64,000 bases of DNA from Bacillota bacterium (GCA_050945755.1 JBMNTN010000002.1:1662-65661); one strand, 5' to 3'; positions 26,322-35,964 are shown, counted from the first letter of the stretch. A program made the numbers and translations. The notes: generated by a model not told the origin, from the letters alone.

Positions 26322-27550
26322 TGATCGTTGGAGGGGGCGCCGCCGGAATGTTTGCTGCAATGAAAGCCGGAGAAAACGGTGCTAAAGTTACGATTGCCGA
26401 AAAGAATAATAGGCTGGGAAAGAAAGTATTAATTACGGGAAAAGGGCGCTGCAACCTGACCAATATTGCTGCCGTACCCGATATTATTAAAAATATCCCT
26501 GGCAATGGGGTTTTTCTTTACAGTGCACTAAACCAACTTTCCAATAGAGATGTTATAGAAATTTTTCAAAAACTAGGGTTACCTACAAAGGTGGAACGGG
26601 GCGGACGGGTTTTTCCAGTATCGGATCAGGCCTCGGACGTAGTGGGTGTATTAGAAAAATATTTAAGAAGTATGGGCGTTGACATTCTTTTTAATCATAG
26701 TGTTCAGGGATTGATTATCGAGGAGAAAACGATTAAGGGAATTAAGGCAGAGGGAAAAATGATTCCGGCAGATGCGGTAATTTTAGCAACGGGGGGATCC
26801 TCTTATCCGGGCACAGGTTCCACTGGAGACGGATACCAGATGGCCAGGGAATCAGGGCATAAGATCGTACCTTTAAGACCTTCTCTTGTCCCCCTGGTTA
26901 CCGAAGAGGATTGGGTAAGAGAATTACAGGGATTGGCATTAAAGAATGTTGAAGTTTCTGCCTGGGGGGGGTCAAAAAAACTGGGAAGTGAGTTCGGAGA
27001 GATGTTATTCACCCACTTTGGTGTTTCCGGGCCGGTTATTCTTACTTTAAGTAAAAGTATCACCGGATACTGGGTGGAAAATCCCGGTCAGCTGGTTCAG
27101 CTTTTAATAAACCTAAAACCTGCTTTGTCCTTTGATCAACTGGATCATCGTTTGCAGCGAGATTTTGAAAAGTTTTCCCGGAAACAGGTTTCCAATGCTT
27201 TTGGAGAGCTACTCCCAAAATCTTTAATTCCCGTTTTTATCCGTCTCCTTTCTTTTGCTCCGGAAAAGCCGGTGCACCAAGTGACGCGGGAAGAACGGGT
27301 AGAAATAATAAAACTACTGCAGGGTTTGACACTGACTGTCAAAGGATCAAGGCCTCTTACTGAAGCAATAGTTACCGCCGGGGGAGTCAATACTAAAGAG
27401 GTTAATCCCAAGACAATGGAATCTAAACTAATCAAAGGTCTTTATTTTGCCGGCGAAGTTTTAGATGTTGACGGTTTTACCGGGGGTTATAATCTGCAGG
27501 CGGCCTTTTCCACCGGTTATACAGCAGGGATGTATGCAGCCCAAGAATAA
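26306..27550 (+). CDS. NAD(P)/FAD-dependent oxidoreductase, HI0933/YhiN-like flavoprotein
   Basis: VVIVGGGAAGMFAA dinucleotide motif and C-terminal GLYFAGEVLDVDGFTGGYNLQ. Confidence 0.8.
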   Translation: MPKHVVIVGGGAAGMFAAMKAGENGAKVTIAEKNNRLGKKVLITGKGRCNLTNIAAVPDIIKNIPGNGVFLYSALNQLSNRDVIEIFQKLGLPTKVERGGRVFPVSDQASDVVGVLEKYLRSMGVDILFNHSVQGLIIEEKTIKGIKAEGKMIPADAVILATGGSSYPGTGSTGDGYQMARESGHKIVPLRPSLVPLVTEEDWVRELQGLALKNVEVSAWGGSKKLGSEFGEMLFTHFGVSGPVILTLSKSITGYWVENPGQLVQLLINLKPALSFDQLDHRLQRDFEKFSRKQVSNAFGELLPKSLIPVFIRLLSFAPEKPVHQVTREERVEIIKLLQGLTLTVKGSRPLTEAIVTAGGVNTKEVNPKTMESKLIKGLYFAGEVLDVDGFTGGYNLQAAFSTGYTAGMYAAQE

Positions 27551-27585
27551 AAGTAGAAGCTTTTGCATATCCTATACGGATAAAT

Positions 27586-28104
27586 TTGGTGGAAGTGATG
27601 CTTATGTCCCGGAGGAATTGGGAAGAAACCTGCTGGCGGGTAGTGGAAAAATGGGAGAAGATTTTATTTCGCATAATTATTTTTGGCCTGGTCGCTTTGG
27701 TTGTTGCCCAATCTCTCTTGACCACCGATTCTATGCGGATTTATTTAAGCTGGGCTGAAAGATTAGAAGGAGAGCCATATCAGGAATGGTCTCAAGGATC
27801 TGCCCGAGTGATGGAAGCAGAGTCCCTGATTTTTGCTTATCTCACCATTGAGTTAGAAGATTATTCTTCTTTAGCAAAGGCAAATCTTTTAATTAATGGT
27901 AAACAAGTTGCGGATTTTCGCAACAAGAAAGTAATTGTTAAAGTATACCCCGGTGATGTTATTGAGTTAGATGGTTCATTTTACCAGCGTCAGGTTGGTT
28001 TTAAGGTGGTGCGCACATCCTCAAATATTCAGGAACCGGTTCTTAATCAAAAGGTACAAACCAACTCAAACGTGGTATTGTTAGGAAAAGTTAAGTTTAA
28101 ATAA
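27586..28104 (+). CDS. hypothetical membrane-anchored protein
   Basis: One TM helix (ILFRIIIFGLVALVVAQSLL) followed by a beta-rich domain. No family recognised. The start is uncertain. Confidence 0.4.
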   Translation: MVEVMLMSRRNWEETCWRVVEKWEKILFRIIIFGLVALVVAQSLLTTDSMRIYLSWAERLEGEPYQEWSQGSARVMEAESLIFAYLTIELEDYSSLAKANLLINGKQVADFRNKKVIVKVYPGDVIELDGSFYQRQVGFKVVRTSSNIQEPVLNQKVQTNSNVVLLGKVKFK

Positions 28105-28107
28105 ATC

Positions 28108-28137
28108 TTGCAAATGTGCCTGCTGGTAAATTATAAT
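28108..28137 (+). promoter_or_regulatory. sigmaA promoter upstream of the hutP-family leader
   Basis: TTGCAA (28108-28113), an 18-nt spacer, TATAAT (28132-28137). Confidence 0.5.
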
Positions 28138-28158
28138 ATTAGGTAATAAATTAGGTAA
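28138..28158 (+). repeat. tandem direct repeat ATTAGGTAA-taa-ATTAGGTAA at the 5' end of the leader
   Basis: Identical 9-mers at 28138-28146 and 28150-28158. Confidence 0.8.
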
Positions 28159-28210
28159 GGTTGTGTGGCATGATGGGCAGGATAGCTTCAAGGAACATCT
28201 TGATTTAGAA

Positions 28211-28239
28211 CGCTCCTACCAGGAGTGTTTTTATTTTTT
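28211..28239 (+). terminator. intrinsic terminator inside the leader, 42 nt upstream of the hutP-family start
   Basis: cgctcct-acc-aggagtg (7 bp) followed by tttttatttttt. Confidence 0.7.
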
Positions 28240-28280
28240 GTAATAAAGTTTTTTAATATTATTATATGGAGGTTCTGAAG

Positions 28281-28700
28281 ATGACTGTTTCTGTCGGAAG
28301 TAAAAAAGTGGCTGCTGTTGCCTTAAAAATGGCTTTGACAGAGAGTCGGGAAGAGGAAAAACAATTAAAAAAATATTACCTGGAACAAGGCATTCGTACA
28401 GCAGCCGTTGATTATGGCGGGGAATTTCTCTCTTCGGTCCCAAGGGTAATTGAAAGGGCTCTGGTAGCCGCCAAACGAGAAGGAGTGATTAAAGACACTC
28501 ACCCTGATGAAGGAGCTGTTGCTGGTGCTACCCATGAAGCCATGTCCCAAATAATGCCTAAGGCTATGGGTCTGAATATCGGGGGGAAAATCGGTATTGC
28601 CAAGGAAAATGACCATATCAGTGTTGCTGTGTTTTTTGGGATTGGCATGATTCACCTTGATGAAGTAGCAGTGGCGCTGGCACATCGGGCGGTAACTTGA
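28281..28700 (+). CDS. HutP-family protein (putative RNA-binding antiterminator-like)
   Basis: About 139 aa from an ATG preceded by GGAGG. The central HPDEGAVAGATHEA and C-terminal SVAVFFGIGMIH resemble the HutP fold pattern. Confidence 0.55.
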   Translation: MTVSVGSKKVAAVALKMALTESREEEKQLKKYYLEQGIRTAAVDYGGEFLSSVPRVIERALVAAKREGVIKDTHPDEGAVAGATHEAMSQIMPKAMGLNIGGKIGIAKENDHISVAVFFGIGMIHLDEVAVALAHRAVT

Positions 28701-28848
28701 TTTATTTTATGACAATATGGTGTAATAAATTATCTTTTATATATAGTTTTTGGATCTTATGCGGAGGATGAAGAATTCTGAAATAATAGTAGAATAATTA
28801 AATTTGATAAAAATAGGATGGGTTTTGCCTGGAAATGCGAGGTAATAA

Positions 28849-29388
28849 ATGCGCGTATATATTAGTGATATTAAAGAATCTAAAGAAGCTCAATTGGCAA
28901 TAGAATGGGGAGCCAGTGCGGTTGGACTGCGAATCGGGTATGGTTTGGATGATGTTCACCCGGAAAAGGCCCGGGAAATTTTTATGAGCATACCTCTTTT
29001 TGTATCCCGGGTAGGTATTTTTAACAACGAAAAAAGATATAACATCCAGGAGCTTATTACCTTTTGTCATTTAGATTCTGTTCATTATACGGGAAGTGAA
29101 ACCCCGGATGAACTAAAAGATTATTCTGAGCATCTAATTAAAAATTTTTCTGCTGAGCAAGTTAAAGATATACCTCAGTATCCCGTAGAAGCAGTATGCA
29201 TCAACATTGATCGGGAGACTTGTCTAATGCGGTCTATGCTTCCGCAGGATAAAAAGCTGATTGTATCCGGTATCCAAAAGCTCGATGATTGGTGGAAAAA
29301 TATCTTAATTGACTTTCAGCCCTTTGCCGTAAAAATACCTATGGCGGAGGCCGGACGAGAACTGGTTCGCAACCTATTAGTGCTTTAG
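28849..29388 (+). CDS. phosphoribosylanthranilate isomerase (TrpF)-like protein, divergent
   Basis: The pattern MRVYISDI..A..A...GASAVGL......V.PEKAREI...IP..VSRVGIFNNE......L....LDSVHYTGSETP parallels TrpF. The KICG Cys is replaced (YISD). Confidence 0.45.
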   Translation: MRVYISDIKESKEAQLAIEWGASAVGLRIGYGLDDVHPEKAREIFMSIPLFVSRVGIFNNEKRYNIQELITFCHLDSVHYTGSETPDELKDYSEHLIKNFSAEQVKDIPQYPVEAVCINIDRETCLMRSMLPQDKKLIVSGIQKLDDWWKNILIDFQPFAVKIPMAEAGRELVRNLLVL

Positions 29389-29459
29389 CAGCCTTGTGGT
29401 TGCGTTATTTTTCAGAAAAAGGATATAATGATGATAATATGTCTTAGGAGGTTACCTGA

Positions 29460-30473
29460 ATGATCGTGGTTATGCGCCACGGAGCAGAAGAAGATGAAAT
29501 TAACGCTGTGTTATCCCGACTTGAACAGGACGGGTTTAAGTTAGAAGTATCTAAAGGGGTTGAACGTACAATTATAGGCGTTTTAGGACAAAATACAAGG
29601 TTGGCTGAAACAGGTGTGGAAGCGATGGCGGGGGTAGATAAGGTAGTCCCAATTTTACCGCCGTATAAAACCGCCAGTGCAGATTATAAAATACAAAAGA
29701 CAATTGTTAATGTCAATGGTTTGGAAATAGGTGGCAACAGAGTTCAGGTATTTGCCGGTCCCTGTGCAGTGGAAAGCCGGGAACAGTTGTTAGAAACAGC
29801 TCAGGTAGTTCAAAAAGCCGGGGCGAGTATTTTACGAGGCGGAGCATTTAAACCGCGCACGTCACCATATTCATTTCAGGGTTTGGAAGAGGAAGGGCTA
29901 AAAATCCTTGCTGAGGCGAGGAAAGCTACTGGGATGCCGATAGTAACTGAAGTTATGGATACAAAAAACGTAGATTTAGTTGCGGAATATGCGGATATTA
30001 TCCAGATTGGTGCCCGTAATATGCATAATTATGCTCTTCTGAAAGAAGTTGCATTAACAGGTAAACCTGTTTTGCTTAAGCGAGGGCCGTCGGCGACCAT
30101 TGAAGAATGGGTATTGGCGGCGGAATATTTAATGGCGGGTGGAAATAAGCAGATTATCTTATGCGAACGTGGAATACGGACTTTTGAAAAGGCTACGCGA
30201 AACACACTGGATTTGAGTGCTGTGCCTATAATAAAAACTATAACCCACCTACCGGTAATTGTTGATCCTAGCCATGGAACAGGGAAATGGCAGTTGGTTA
30301 CTCCTATGGCAAAAGCGGCAATTGCTGCAGGTGCGGATGGCGTAATGGTGGAAGTGCATCCGAATCCTGCAGAAGCTCTTTCCGATGGAATACAATCGTT
30401 GACAGAAAACAATTTCATCTTTCTTATGAAGGAACTGAAGAAAATTAGCAAAGCCATAGGTCGTCTTTTTTAA
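29460..30473 (+). CDS. aroF: 3-deoxy-7-phosphoheptulonate (DAHP) synthase, type I-beta, with an N-terminal ferredoxin-like regulatory domain
   Basis: GAFKPRTSPYSFQGL, IQIGARNM, DPSH motifs and a ~65-aa N-terminal extension. Confidence 0.9.
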   Translation: MIVVMRHGAEEDEINAVLSRLEQDGFKLEVSKGVERTIIGVLGQNTRLAETGVEAMAGVDKVVPILPPYKTASADYKIQKTIVNVNGLEIGGNRVQVFAGPCAVESREQLLETAQVVQKAGASILRGGAFKPRTSPYSFQGLEEEGLKILAEARKATGMPIVTEVMDTKNVDLVAEYADIIQIGARNMHNYALLKEVALTGKPVLLKRGPSATIEEWVLAAEYLMAGGNKQIILCERGIRTFEKATRNTLDLSAVPIIKTITHLPVIVDPSHGTGKWQLVTPMAKAAIAAGADGVMVEVHPNPAEALSDGIQSLTENNFIFLMKELKKISKAIGRLF

Positions 30474-30508
30474 TAATAATAACTCATTAAGGGCTTTTGG
30501 AGAAAATC

Positions 30509-31177
30509 ATGGGTAAAAAAATTATCGCTATTGATGGGCCGGCGGGTGCCGGAAAAAGTACCGTTGCTCGGTTGGTAGCGGATCGCCTTGGATATTTATA
30601 TATTGATACAGGTGCGATGTACCGAGCGCTAACTCTGCTGGCAATGGAACAAAACATATCAATGAATAACGAAGAAGAGCTTATTGCATTAGCACAGAAA
30701 TGTGAAATTGCATTAATAAATAAAAATGGTAGGATTGTTGTTTATTGTAATGGAAAAGATGTAACTGAGGAAATTCGCCAACCAAAGGTATCCCATTATG
30801 TATCCCAAGTAGCAGCAATTCCCGGTGTCCGGAAAAGGTTGGTGGAGTTGCAGCAATCTATGGCGGATTCGGGTGGAGTTGTCATGGATGGACGGGATAT
30901 ATCTACTCATGTATTGCCTCATGCTCATTGTAAGTTTTTTTTAACTGCCTCCGTAACCGAAAGGGCTCGGCGTCGATGCCGGGAGTTAAAAGAAAATGGA
31001 TTTCAAATAACAGATGAACAAGTGGAGGCAGATATTCGCCGCCGGGATGTGATGGATACCCAGAGAAAAGCGAGCCCGCTGGTTTGTGCGCCTGATGCTA
31101 TAGTGATTGATTCCTCTAATCTAACCGTGCCTGAGGTAGTAGAAACTATTATAAAGTATTGCGAAAGGGTGAGATAA
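30509..31177 (+). CDS. cmk: (d)CMP kinase
   Basis: IAIDGPAGAGKST P-loop and DTGAMYR motif. Confidence 0.92.
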   Translation: MGKKIIAIDGPAGAGKSTVARLVADRLGYLYIDTGAMYRALTLLAMEQNISMNNEEELIALAQKCEIALINKNGRIVVYCNGKDVTEEIRQPKVSHYVSQVAAIPGVRKRLVELQQSMADSGGVVMDGRDISTHVLPHAHCKFFLTASVTERARRRCRELKENGFQITDEQVEADIRRRDVMDTQRKASPLVCAPDAIVIDSSNLTVPEVVETIIKYCERVR

Positions 31178-31768
31178 ATGCTTTATGCCTTTGCCAAAGC
31201 TCTTTTTAAAATTATACTTATAGTGTTGGGCCGATATAAAATAACAGGGCAGGAAAATATCCCTGATAAAGGACCGGTAATTGTTGTTTGCAATCATGTT
31301 AGTTACTGGGATCCTATCGTTTTAGGATGTGCACTGAATCGACAGGTTTACTTTATGGCTAAGGCAGAGTTGTTTTCCATCCCCATATTTGGAAATATTC
31401 TCAAAAGACTAGGTGCTTTTCCCATTAAACGAGGCCATTCGGATCATAAGGCTCTCCGGACAGCTATTCGCCTGCTTAAAGAAGGAAAGGTACTGGGAGT
31501 ATTTCCGGAAGGGACACGCAGCAAAAAAGGAAGCTTGCTTCCTTTTAGGACAGGGATTACCATGATTGCTTATAAAGCTGGTTGTCCCATTGTGCCGGTT
31601 GGTTTAATTAATTCAAAAAAGGTATTGATTGGCTGGTGGAAACCAGTCGAAGTAAAGATTGGTAAACCTATGCTATTCCCCCAAGTTATAAAACGTCCTT
31701 CTTCTGAAGAGTTGGAAGAATGGACTGAACAGTCCCGTCAGGCAGTGGCCTTTTTGCTTGGAGCATAA
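31178..31768 (+). CDS. plsC: 1-acyl-sn-glycerol-3-phosphate acyltransferase
   Basis: NHVSYWD (HX4D) and FPEGTRS motifs. Confidence 0.85.
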   Translation: MLYAFAKALFKIILIVLGRYKITGQENIPDKGPVIVVCNHVSYWDPIVLGCALNRQVYFMAKAELFSIPIFGNILKRLGAFPIKRGHSDHKALRTAIRLLKEGKVLGVFPEGTRSKKGSLLPFRTGITMIAYKAGCPIVPVGLINSKKVLIGWWKPVEVKIGKPMLFPQVIKRPSSEELEEWTEQSRQAVAFLLGA

Positions 31769-31890
31769 AGAAATGTTTTATGTATATTTTTCCTGAGTAA
31801 CGTTTTTTTTAGAATTGTGCAGGAATAATCCTTTTCTTACCGAATTGAAATAATGTTTAGCTAAATTTTGCAAACTATAATAGGAGTGAG

Positions 31891-33984
31891 ATGCCGGTGC
31901 AAATATTCCGGGCAAAACATGCAGGTTTTTGCTTTGGGGTGAAAAGGGCACTGCAATTTGCCGAAGTGGCTGCTAAACGTTTCGGCGAAGTTTATTCTCT
32001 TGGCCCTTTGATACATAATCCTCAGGAGGTTGAGAGAATAAGTAAATGCGGTATTAAGGAGGCGGATAACCTTAAGCATGTAGTTGGCAGAAATGTAATA
32101 ATCCGGTCCCATGGGGTAGCTCCGGAGGTAATTGACCAGGCGCTGACGCAAAATCTTAAAATAATTGATGCAACATGTCCGTTTGTTAAAAGGGCTCAAG
32201 GTCATGCCCGGGACTTGGCAAAGGATGGATATCTGGTTTTGATTGTGGGAGATAATGATCACCCGGAAGTTGAAGGTATTGTGGGCTGGTCAAACGGAAA
32301 AGCAGTAGTGGTGCAAGACTGTGAAGGAGCAAAAAAACTGCCAAACAGTGAAAAGATAGGGGTTATTGCGCAGACGACGCAAACTGATCGAAACTTTCAA
32401 GAAGTAGTGAGAGTTCTCAAAGATAAGACCCAGAACCTTAAAGTTTATAATACAATTTGTCACGCAACTGCAGAGCGCCAGGATGAAGCAGCCCGACTGG
32501 CAAAGCAGGTTGACGTGATGTTAGTGGTAGGGGGATTGAATAGTGCCAATACCAGGAAGTTGGCACGTATCTGCACGGAGGCGGGTACAACCACTTATCA
32601 CATAGAAAAAGCATCAAATATTGATGCTGCCTGGTTTTTAGGTGTGGGAAAGGTCGGTATTACTGCCGGAGCCTCCACGCCAGATTGGATTATTGAGGAG
32701 GTATTACAGAAGATGATGGAAATTAAGGATCAGGAAGAACAGAAAAACTTGGAAGAGACCATGCCGGAGGAAGTATCTGAGCAAAATAACAGTCAAGAAG
32801 TCCCTGAAGAAGCAGTTGATAATGAAAATGACGGGGACTCGTCTTTTGAGGAAGAGTATCATCGGGGAATCCGGGAAGTACGCCGAGGCGAAAGGGTTAC
32901 CGGGACTGTAGTCCAGGTTCGGGATACCGAAGTTCTTGTGGACGTGGGAAGTAAATCGGAAGGAATCATTCCCAGATCAGAACTTTCCCCTAATGAAGCT
33001 GAAAATATCCGCGAAACCATAACGGTGGGCGATCAAATAGAAGTACTGGTGTTGAAACGGGAAAATGAAGAAGGTCATCCTGTTCTTTCAAAAAAACGTG
33101 TTGATCAGGAAATAATCTGGGATAAAATGCGTAGTGCATTTGAGACTGGTGAAGTTGTCACCGGCAAAGTGACGGAAGTTGTTAAAGGTGGTTTATTAGT
33201 AAACAACGGAGTTCGAGGTTTTGTTCCTGCTTCTTTGGTAGATTTAGGTTACGTGGAAGACTTAAATTCTTATGTCGGTAAAGAACTTAGAATGAAAGTG
33301 ATTGAGTGTGATCGCTCCCATAATAAATTAGTTTTTTCACCTAAAGCAGTTTTGGAAGAAGAATACCAAAAAAAGAGAAAAGAAACATGGGAAAAACTGG
33401 CGGAGGGTCAAACGATCAAGGGTGTTGTACGCCGTTTGACTAATTTTGGAGCATTCATTGATATCGGAGGAGTTGACGGCCTTCTCCATGTCTCGGAAAT
33501 GGCTTGGTTCCGGGTTGAACATCCATCGGATATTCTAAAAGAGGGGGATGTTCTTGATGTTTATGTATTAGGTGTAGATCACGAAAAAGAAAAAGTATCA
33601 TTAGGATTAAAACAACTCCTGCCTAATCCATGGAGTTACGCTGAAGAAAAGTATTCGGTTGGTACTATTGTAGAAGCCAAGGTGGTTCGTACCGCTCCAT
33701 TTGGTGCATTTGTTCAGGTGGAACCAGGAATTGAAGGCCTTGTGCATATTTCCCAACTTGATACCCAAAGAGTTGCAAAAACTGAGGATGTAGTGAAACC
33801 AGGAGACGATGTAAAGGTAAAAATTCTCAGTGTTGATGCTGAGGCAAAACGAATGAGTTTAAGTATCAAAGAGGCGGTTGGTGTAGGAAAAGCGGAAAAA
33901 GAAACTCCTCAAGAAGAACCTGAGGAAGATACAGGTTTACAGGTTTCCATCGGCGATATGGTCGGAAACATAAAAGAAGAATAA
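31891..33984 (+). CDS. ispH: bifunctional 4-hydroxy-3-methylbut-2-enyl diphosphate reductase / ribosomal protein S1 fusion
   Basis: N-terminal ~285 aa are LytB/IspH (GFCFGV, ATCPFV, HPE). An acidic linker follows, then four S1 repeats. Confidence 0.9.
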   Translation: MPVQIFRAKHAGFCFGVKRALQFAEVAAKRFGEVYSLGPLIHNPQEVERISKCGIKEADNLKHVVGRNVIIRSHGVAPEVIDQALTQNLKIIDATCPFVKRAQGHARDLAKDGYLVLIVGDNDHPEVEGIVGWSNGKAVVVQDCEGAKKLPNSEKIGVIAQTTQTDRNFQEVVRVLKDKTQNLKVYNTICHATAERQDEAARLAKQVDVMLVVGGLNSANTRKLARICTEAGTTTYHIEKASNIDAAWFLGVGKVGITAGASTPDWIIEEVLQKMMEIKDQEEQKNLEETMPEEVSEQNNSQEVPEEAVDNENDGDSSFEEEYHRGIREVRRGERVTGTVVQVRDTEVLVDVGSKSEGIIPRSELSPNEAENIRETITVGDQIEVLVLKRENEEGHPVLSKKRVDQEIIWDKMRSAFETGEVVTGKVTEVVKGGLLVNNGVRGFVPASLVDLGYVEDLNSYVGKELRMKVIECDRSHNKLVFSPKAVLEEEYQKKRKETWEKLAEGQTIKGVVRRLTNFGAFIDIGGVDGLLHVSEMAWFRVEHPSDILKEGDVLDVYVLGVDHEKEKVSLGLKQLLPNPWSYAEEKYSVGTIVEAKVVRTAPFGAFVQVEPGIEGLVHISQLDTQRVAKTEDVVKPGDDVKVKILSVDAEAKRMSLSIKEAVGVGKAEKETPQEEPEEDTGLQVSIGDMVGNIKEE

Positions 33985-34003
33985 TATTACAAAAAATACT
34001 ACA

Positions 34004-34033
34004 AAAAAGCATGACCTTGTGTCATGCTTTTTT
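34004..34033 (+). terminator. intrinsic terminator after ispH-rpsA
   Basis: aaaagcatgac / gtcatgctttt stem followed by a T run. Confidence 0.75.
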
Positions 34034-34100
34034 GTATATTCAGGGGAAATTAAGCACAGCCTAAAATTGTGAATCTTTTCTGTTAAAGGAGGATAAAAAA

Positions 34101-34805
34101 ATGCCGAGGGTTCCCATTGGCATGATAGTTTTGGTAGTATTGTCGGTATTGATCTATTTCGGATTAGCGCAAAGGGTGTTAGATCGGATGAGGTTGACCG
34201 ACAAAGGGGCGTTAGCAGTAATTGCTGCAATTATTGTCGGCAGCTTTATTGATATCCCTCTGACATCCGGAGAAATTGCTTCTAGTATCAATGTTGGCGG
34301 GGCTATCATTCCGGTAGGATTTTCCATTTATCTTTTGGCATCTGCCGGAACGTCAAAGGAGTTGGGTAGATCCCTTTTAGGGACGGTAGTTACCGGAGGA
34401 TTGCTTGTTGCAGCAATGACTTTATTAAGTGAAGAACCGGAAAATATGTTGATTGATCCCTTGTGGGTTTTTCCAATTATCGCAGGCCTAGTTGCCTATC
34501 TCTTGGGACGTTCGCGACGTGGTGCATTTATTTCAGCAACCTTAGGAATATTGCTGTCAGACATTGCATTTTTGATTTGGCTTTATGCCACCGGGTATCC
34601 GGGGAGGGTAGATATTGGCGGAGCAGGTGCTTTGGATTCTCTGGTAATTGCAGGAGTAATTGCTGTGCTTTTAGCGGAATTCATCGGAGAGTTCAGGGAA
34701 AGGCTACAGGGTGGGCCTGTTACTGAAGGAAGACCTGAAAATCTTTTACAAAACTTACGGAATCCTTCTCATGACGAAAAAGGAGGAGAGGCAGATGAAA
34801 AGTAA
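34101..34805 (+). CDS. DUF1614-family integral membrane protein
   Basis: Polytopic membrane protein of 234 aa. N-terminus PIGMIVLVVLSVLIYFGLAQRVLDRMRLTD is reminiscent of DUF1614. Confidence 0.5.
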   Translation: MPRVPIGMIVLVVLSVLIYFGLAQRVLDRMRLTDKGALAVIAAIIVGSFIDIPLTSGEIASSINVGGAIIPVGFSIYLLASAGTSKELGRSLLGTVVTGGLLVAAMTLLSEEPENMLIDPLWVFPIIAGLVAYLLGRSRRGAFISATLGILLSDIAFLIWLYATGYPGRVDIGGAGALDSLVIAGVIAVLLAEFIGEFRERLQGGPVTEGRPENLLQNLRNPSHDEKGGEADEK

Positions 34806-35961
34806 ACGCGTGCTGGCCGGAATAATGTTAACTGTCTTTTTGCTTGGAATAGTATTTATATCACAAAAGGAACGGGGGGTAGTATCCGCTGCAAGTCTCT
34901 TGCGCTTCTGGGGTGTTAATTATGAAACTGAACTGTTAGACGGCAAGTATTATGAAATGGTCGATGAAAATGGTAATACTCTAACAATGACTGCTCTCCC
35001 TGTCCATATCGGCGACGAATTTTGGACTCCAGATAACAAACACTATAAAGTAACCAAGGTTAGGGATAATGTGGCTTATGCCAAATACCTTGGCACGGAA
35101 GATATTGCTTGGAAGGCAGAATGGGATGATATTCCGGTTGTTACATCTATTCCCGTTCAAGGGGAACAAACAGGTAATGCAACTATTGGAATTTATCACA
35201 CTCATTCTGATGAATCATACAAGCCCACTGACGGGACATCCAGTATTAGGGCGAACGGGGGCATTTTTAAGGTGGGGGATGTTTTAAGTGAAAAATTAAA
35301 AAGCATGGGTTTCAATGTTTACCATGATAAAACCCCCCATGATCCTCATGATGCAGGTGCTTATCACCGGTCACGGAGAACAGCGGTAAAACTATTAAAA
35401 AAACAGCCGGAAGTTCAATTTGATGTGCACCGGGATGCAGTACCGGCCAGCGTCTATGCAGCGGAAATTGGCGGTCAAGCTGTAACTAAAATTAAGCTGG
35501 TAGTGGGCAGGCAAAACCAAAATAAACAAGCTAACTTGGAATTTGCCAAAACTATGAAAGCAGCAATGGATAAAACAAATCCCGGCTTATTTGAAGGAAT
35601 ATTTTTAGCAAAGGGAAATTATAACCAGGATCTGGGACCACGTATGATGTTGATTGAGGTCGGCTCTGATAAAAACTCTCGGGAAGAAGCTCAGAAAGGT
35701 GTCGCACTATTTGCTGATGCCGTACCAAAGGCATTGGGCGTTTACCAGAATAAGGCTTCTCAACCTGAAACAAAACAAATCTCTGCACCGGACGTAAACA
35801 GATCAAGGTCCGGCTCCTGGCCGGCAATTTGGTGGCTTTTAGGCGCAGTGGTTGTTGGTGGAATAGCCTTTTTAATTATTAGTACTGGTTCAGTGGGCGG
35901 AAGTTGGAAAAAGATTAAAGAGTTTACCGGAAGTGAATTTGGAAAGCGGCGGCAAAAATAA
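34795..35961 (+). CDS. spoIIP: stage II sporulation protein P
   Basis: ATG after AAAGGAGGAG. Signal anchor, then the IGIYHTHSDESY and VHRD motifs typical of SpoIIP amidase. Confidence 0.85.
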   Translation: MKSKRVLAGIMLTVFLLGIVFISQKERGVVSAASLLRFWGVNYETELLDGKYYEMVDENGNTLTMTALPVHIGDEFWTPDNKHYKVTKVRDNVAYAKYLGTEDIAWKAEWDDIPVVTSIPVQGEQTGNATIGIYHTHSDESYKPTDGTSSIRANGGIFKVGDVLSEKLKSMGFNVYHDKTPHDPHDAGAYHRSRRTAVKLLKKQPEVQFDVHRDAVPASVYAAEIGGQAVTKIKLVVGRQNQNKQANLEFAKTMKAAMDKTNPGLFEGIFLAKGNYNQDLGPRMMLIEVGSDKNSREEAQKGVALFADAVPKALGVYQNKASQPETKQISAPDVNRSRSGSWPAIWWLLGAVVVGGIAFLIISTGSVGGSWKKIKEFTGSEFGKRRQK

Positions 35962-35964
35962 ACA

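Noticed and set aside
28701-28848. Possible HutP-type UAG-repeat/terminator element downstream of the hutP-like gene (as in the B. subtilis hut operon).
   Set aside because: Several TAG triplets occur (including TAGTAG), but not with a 7-nt periodicity, and no terminator hairpin follows.
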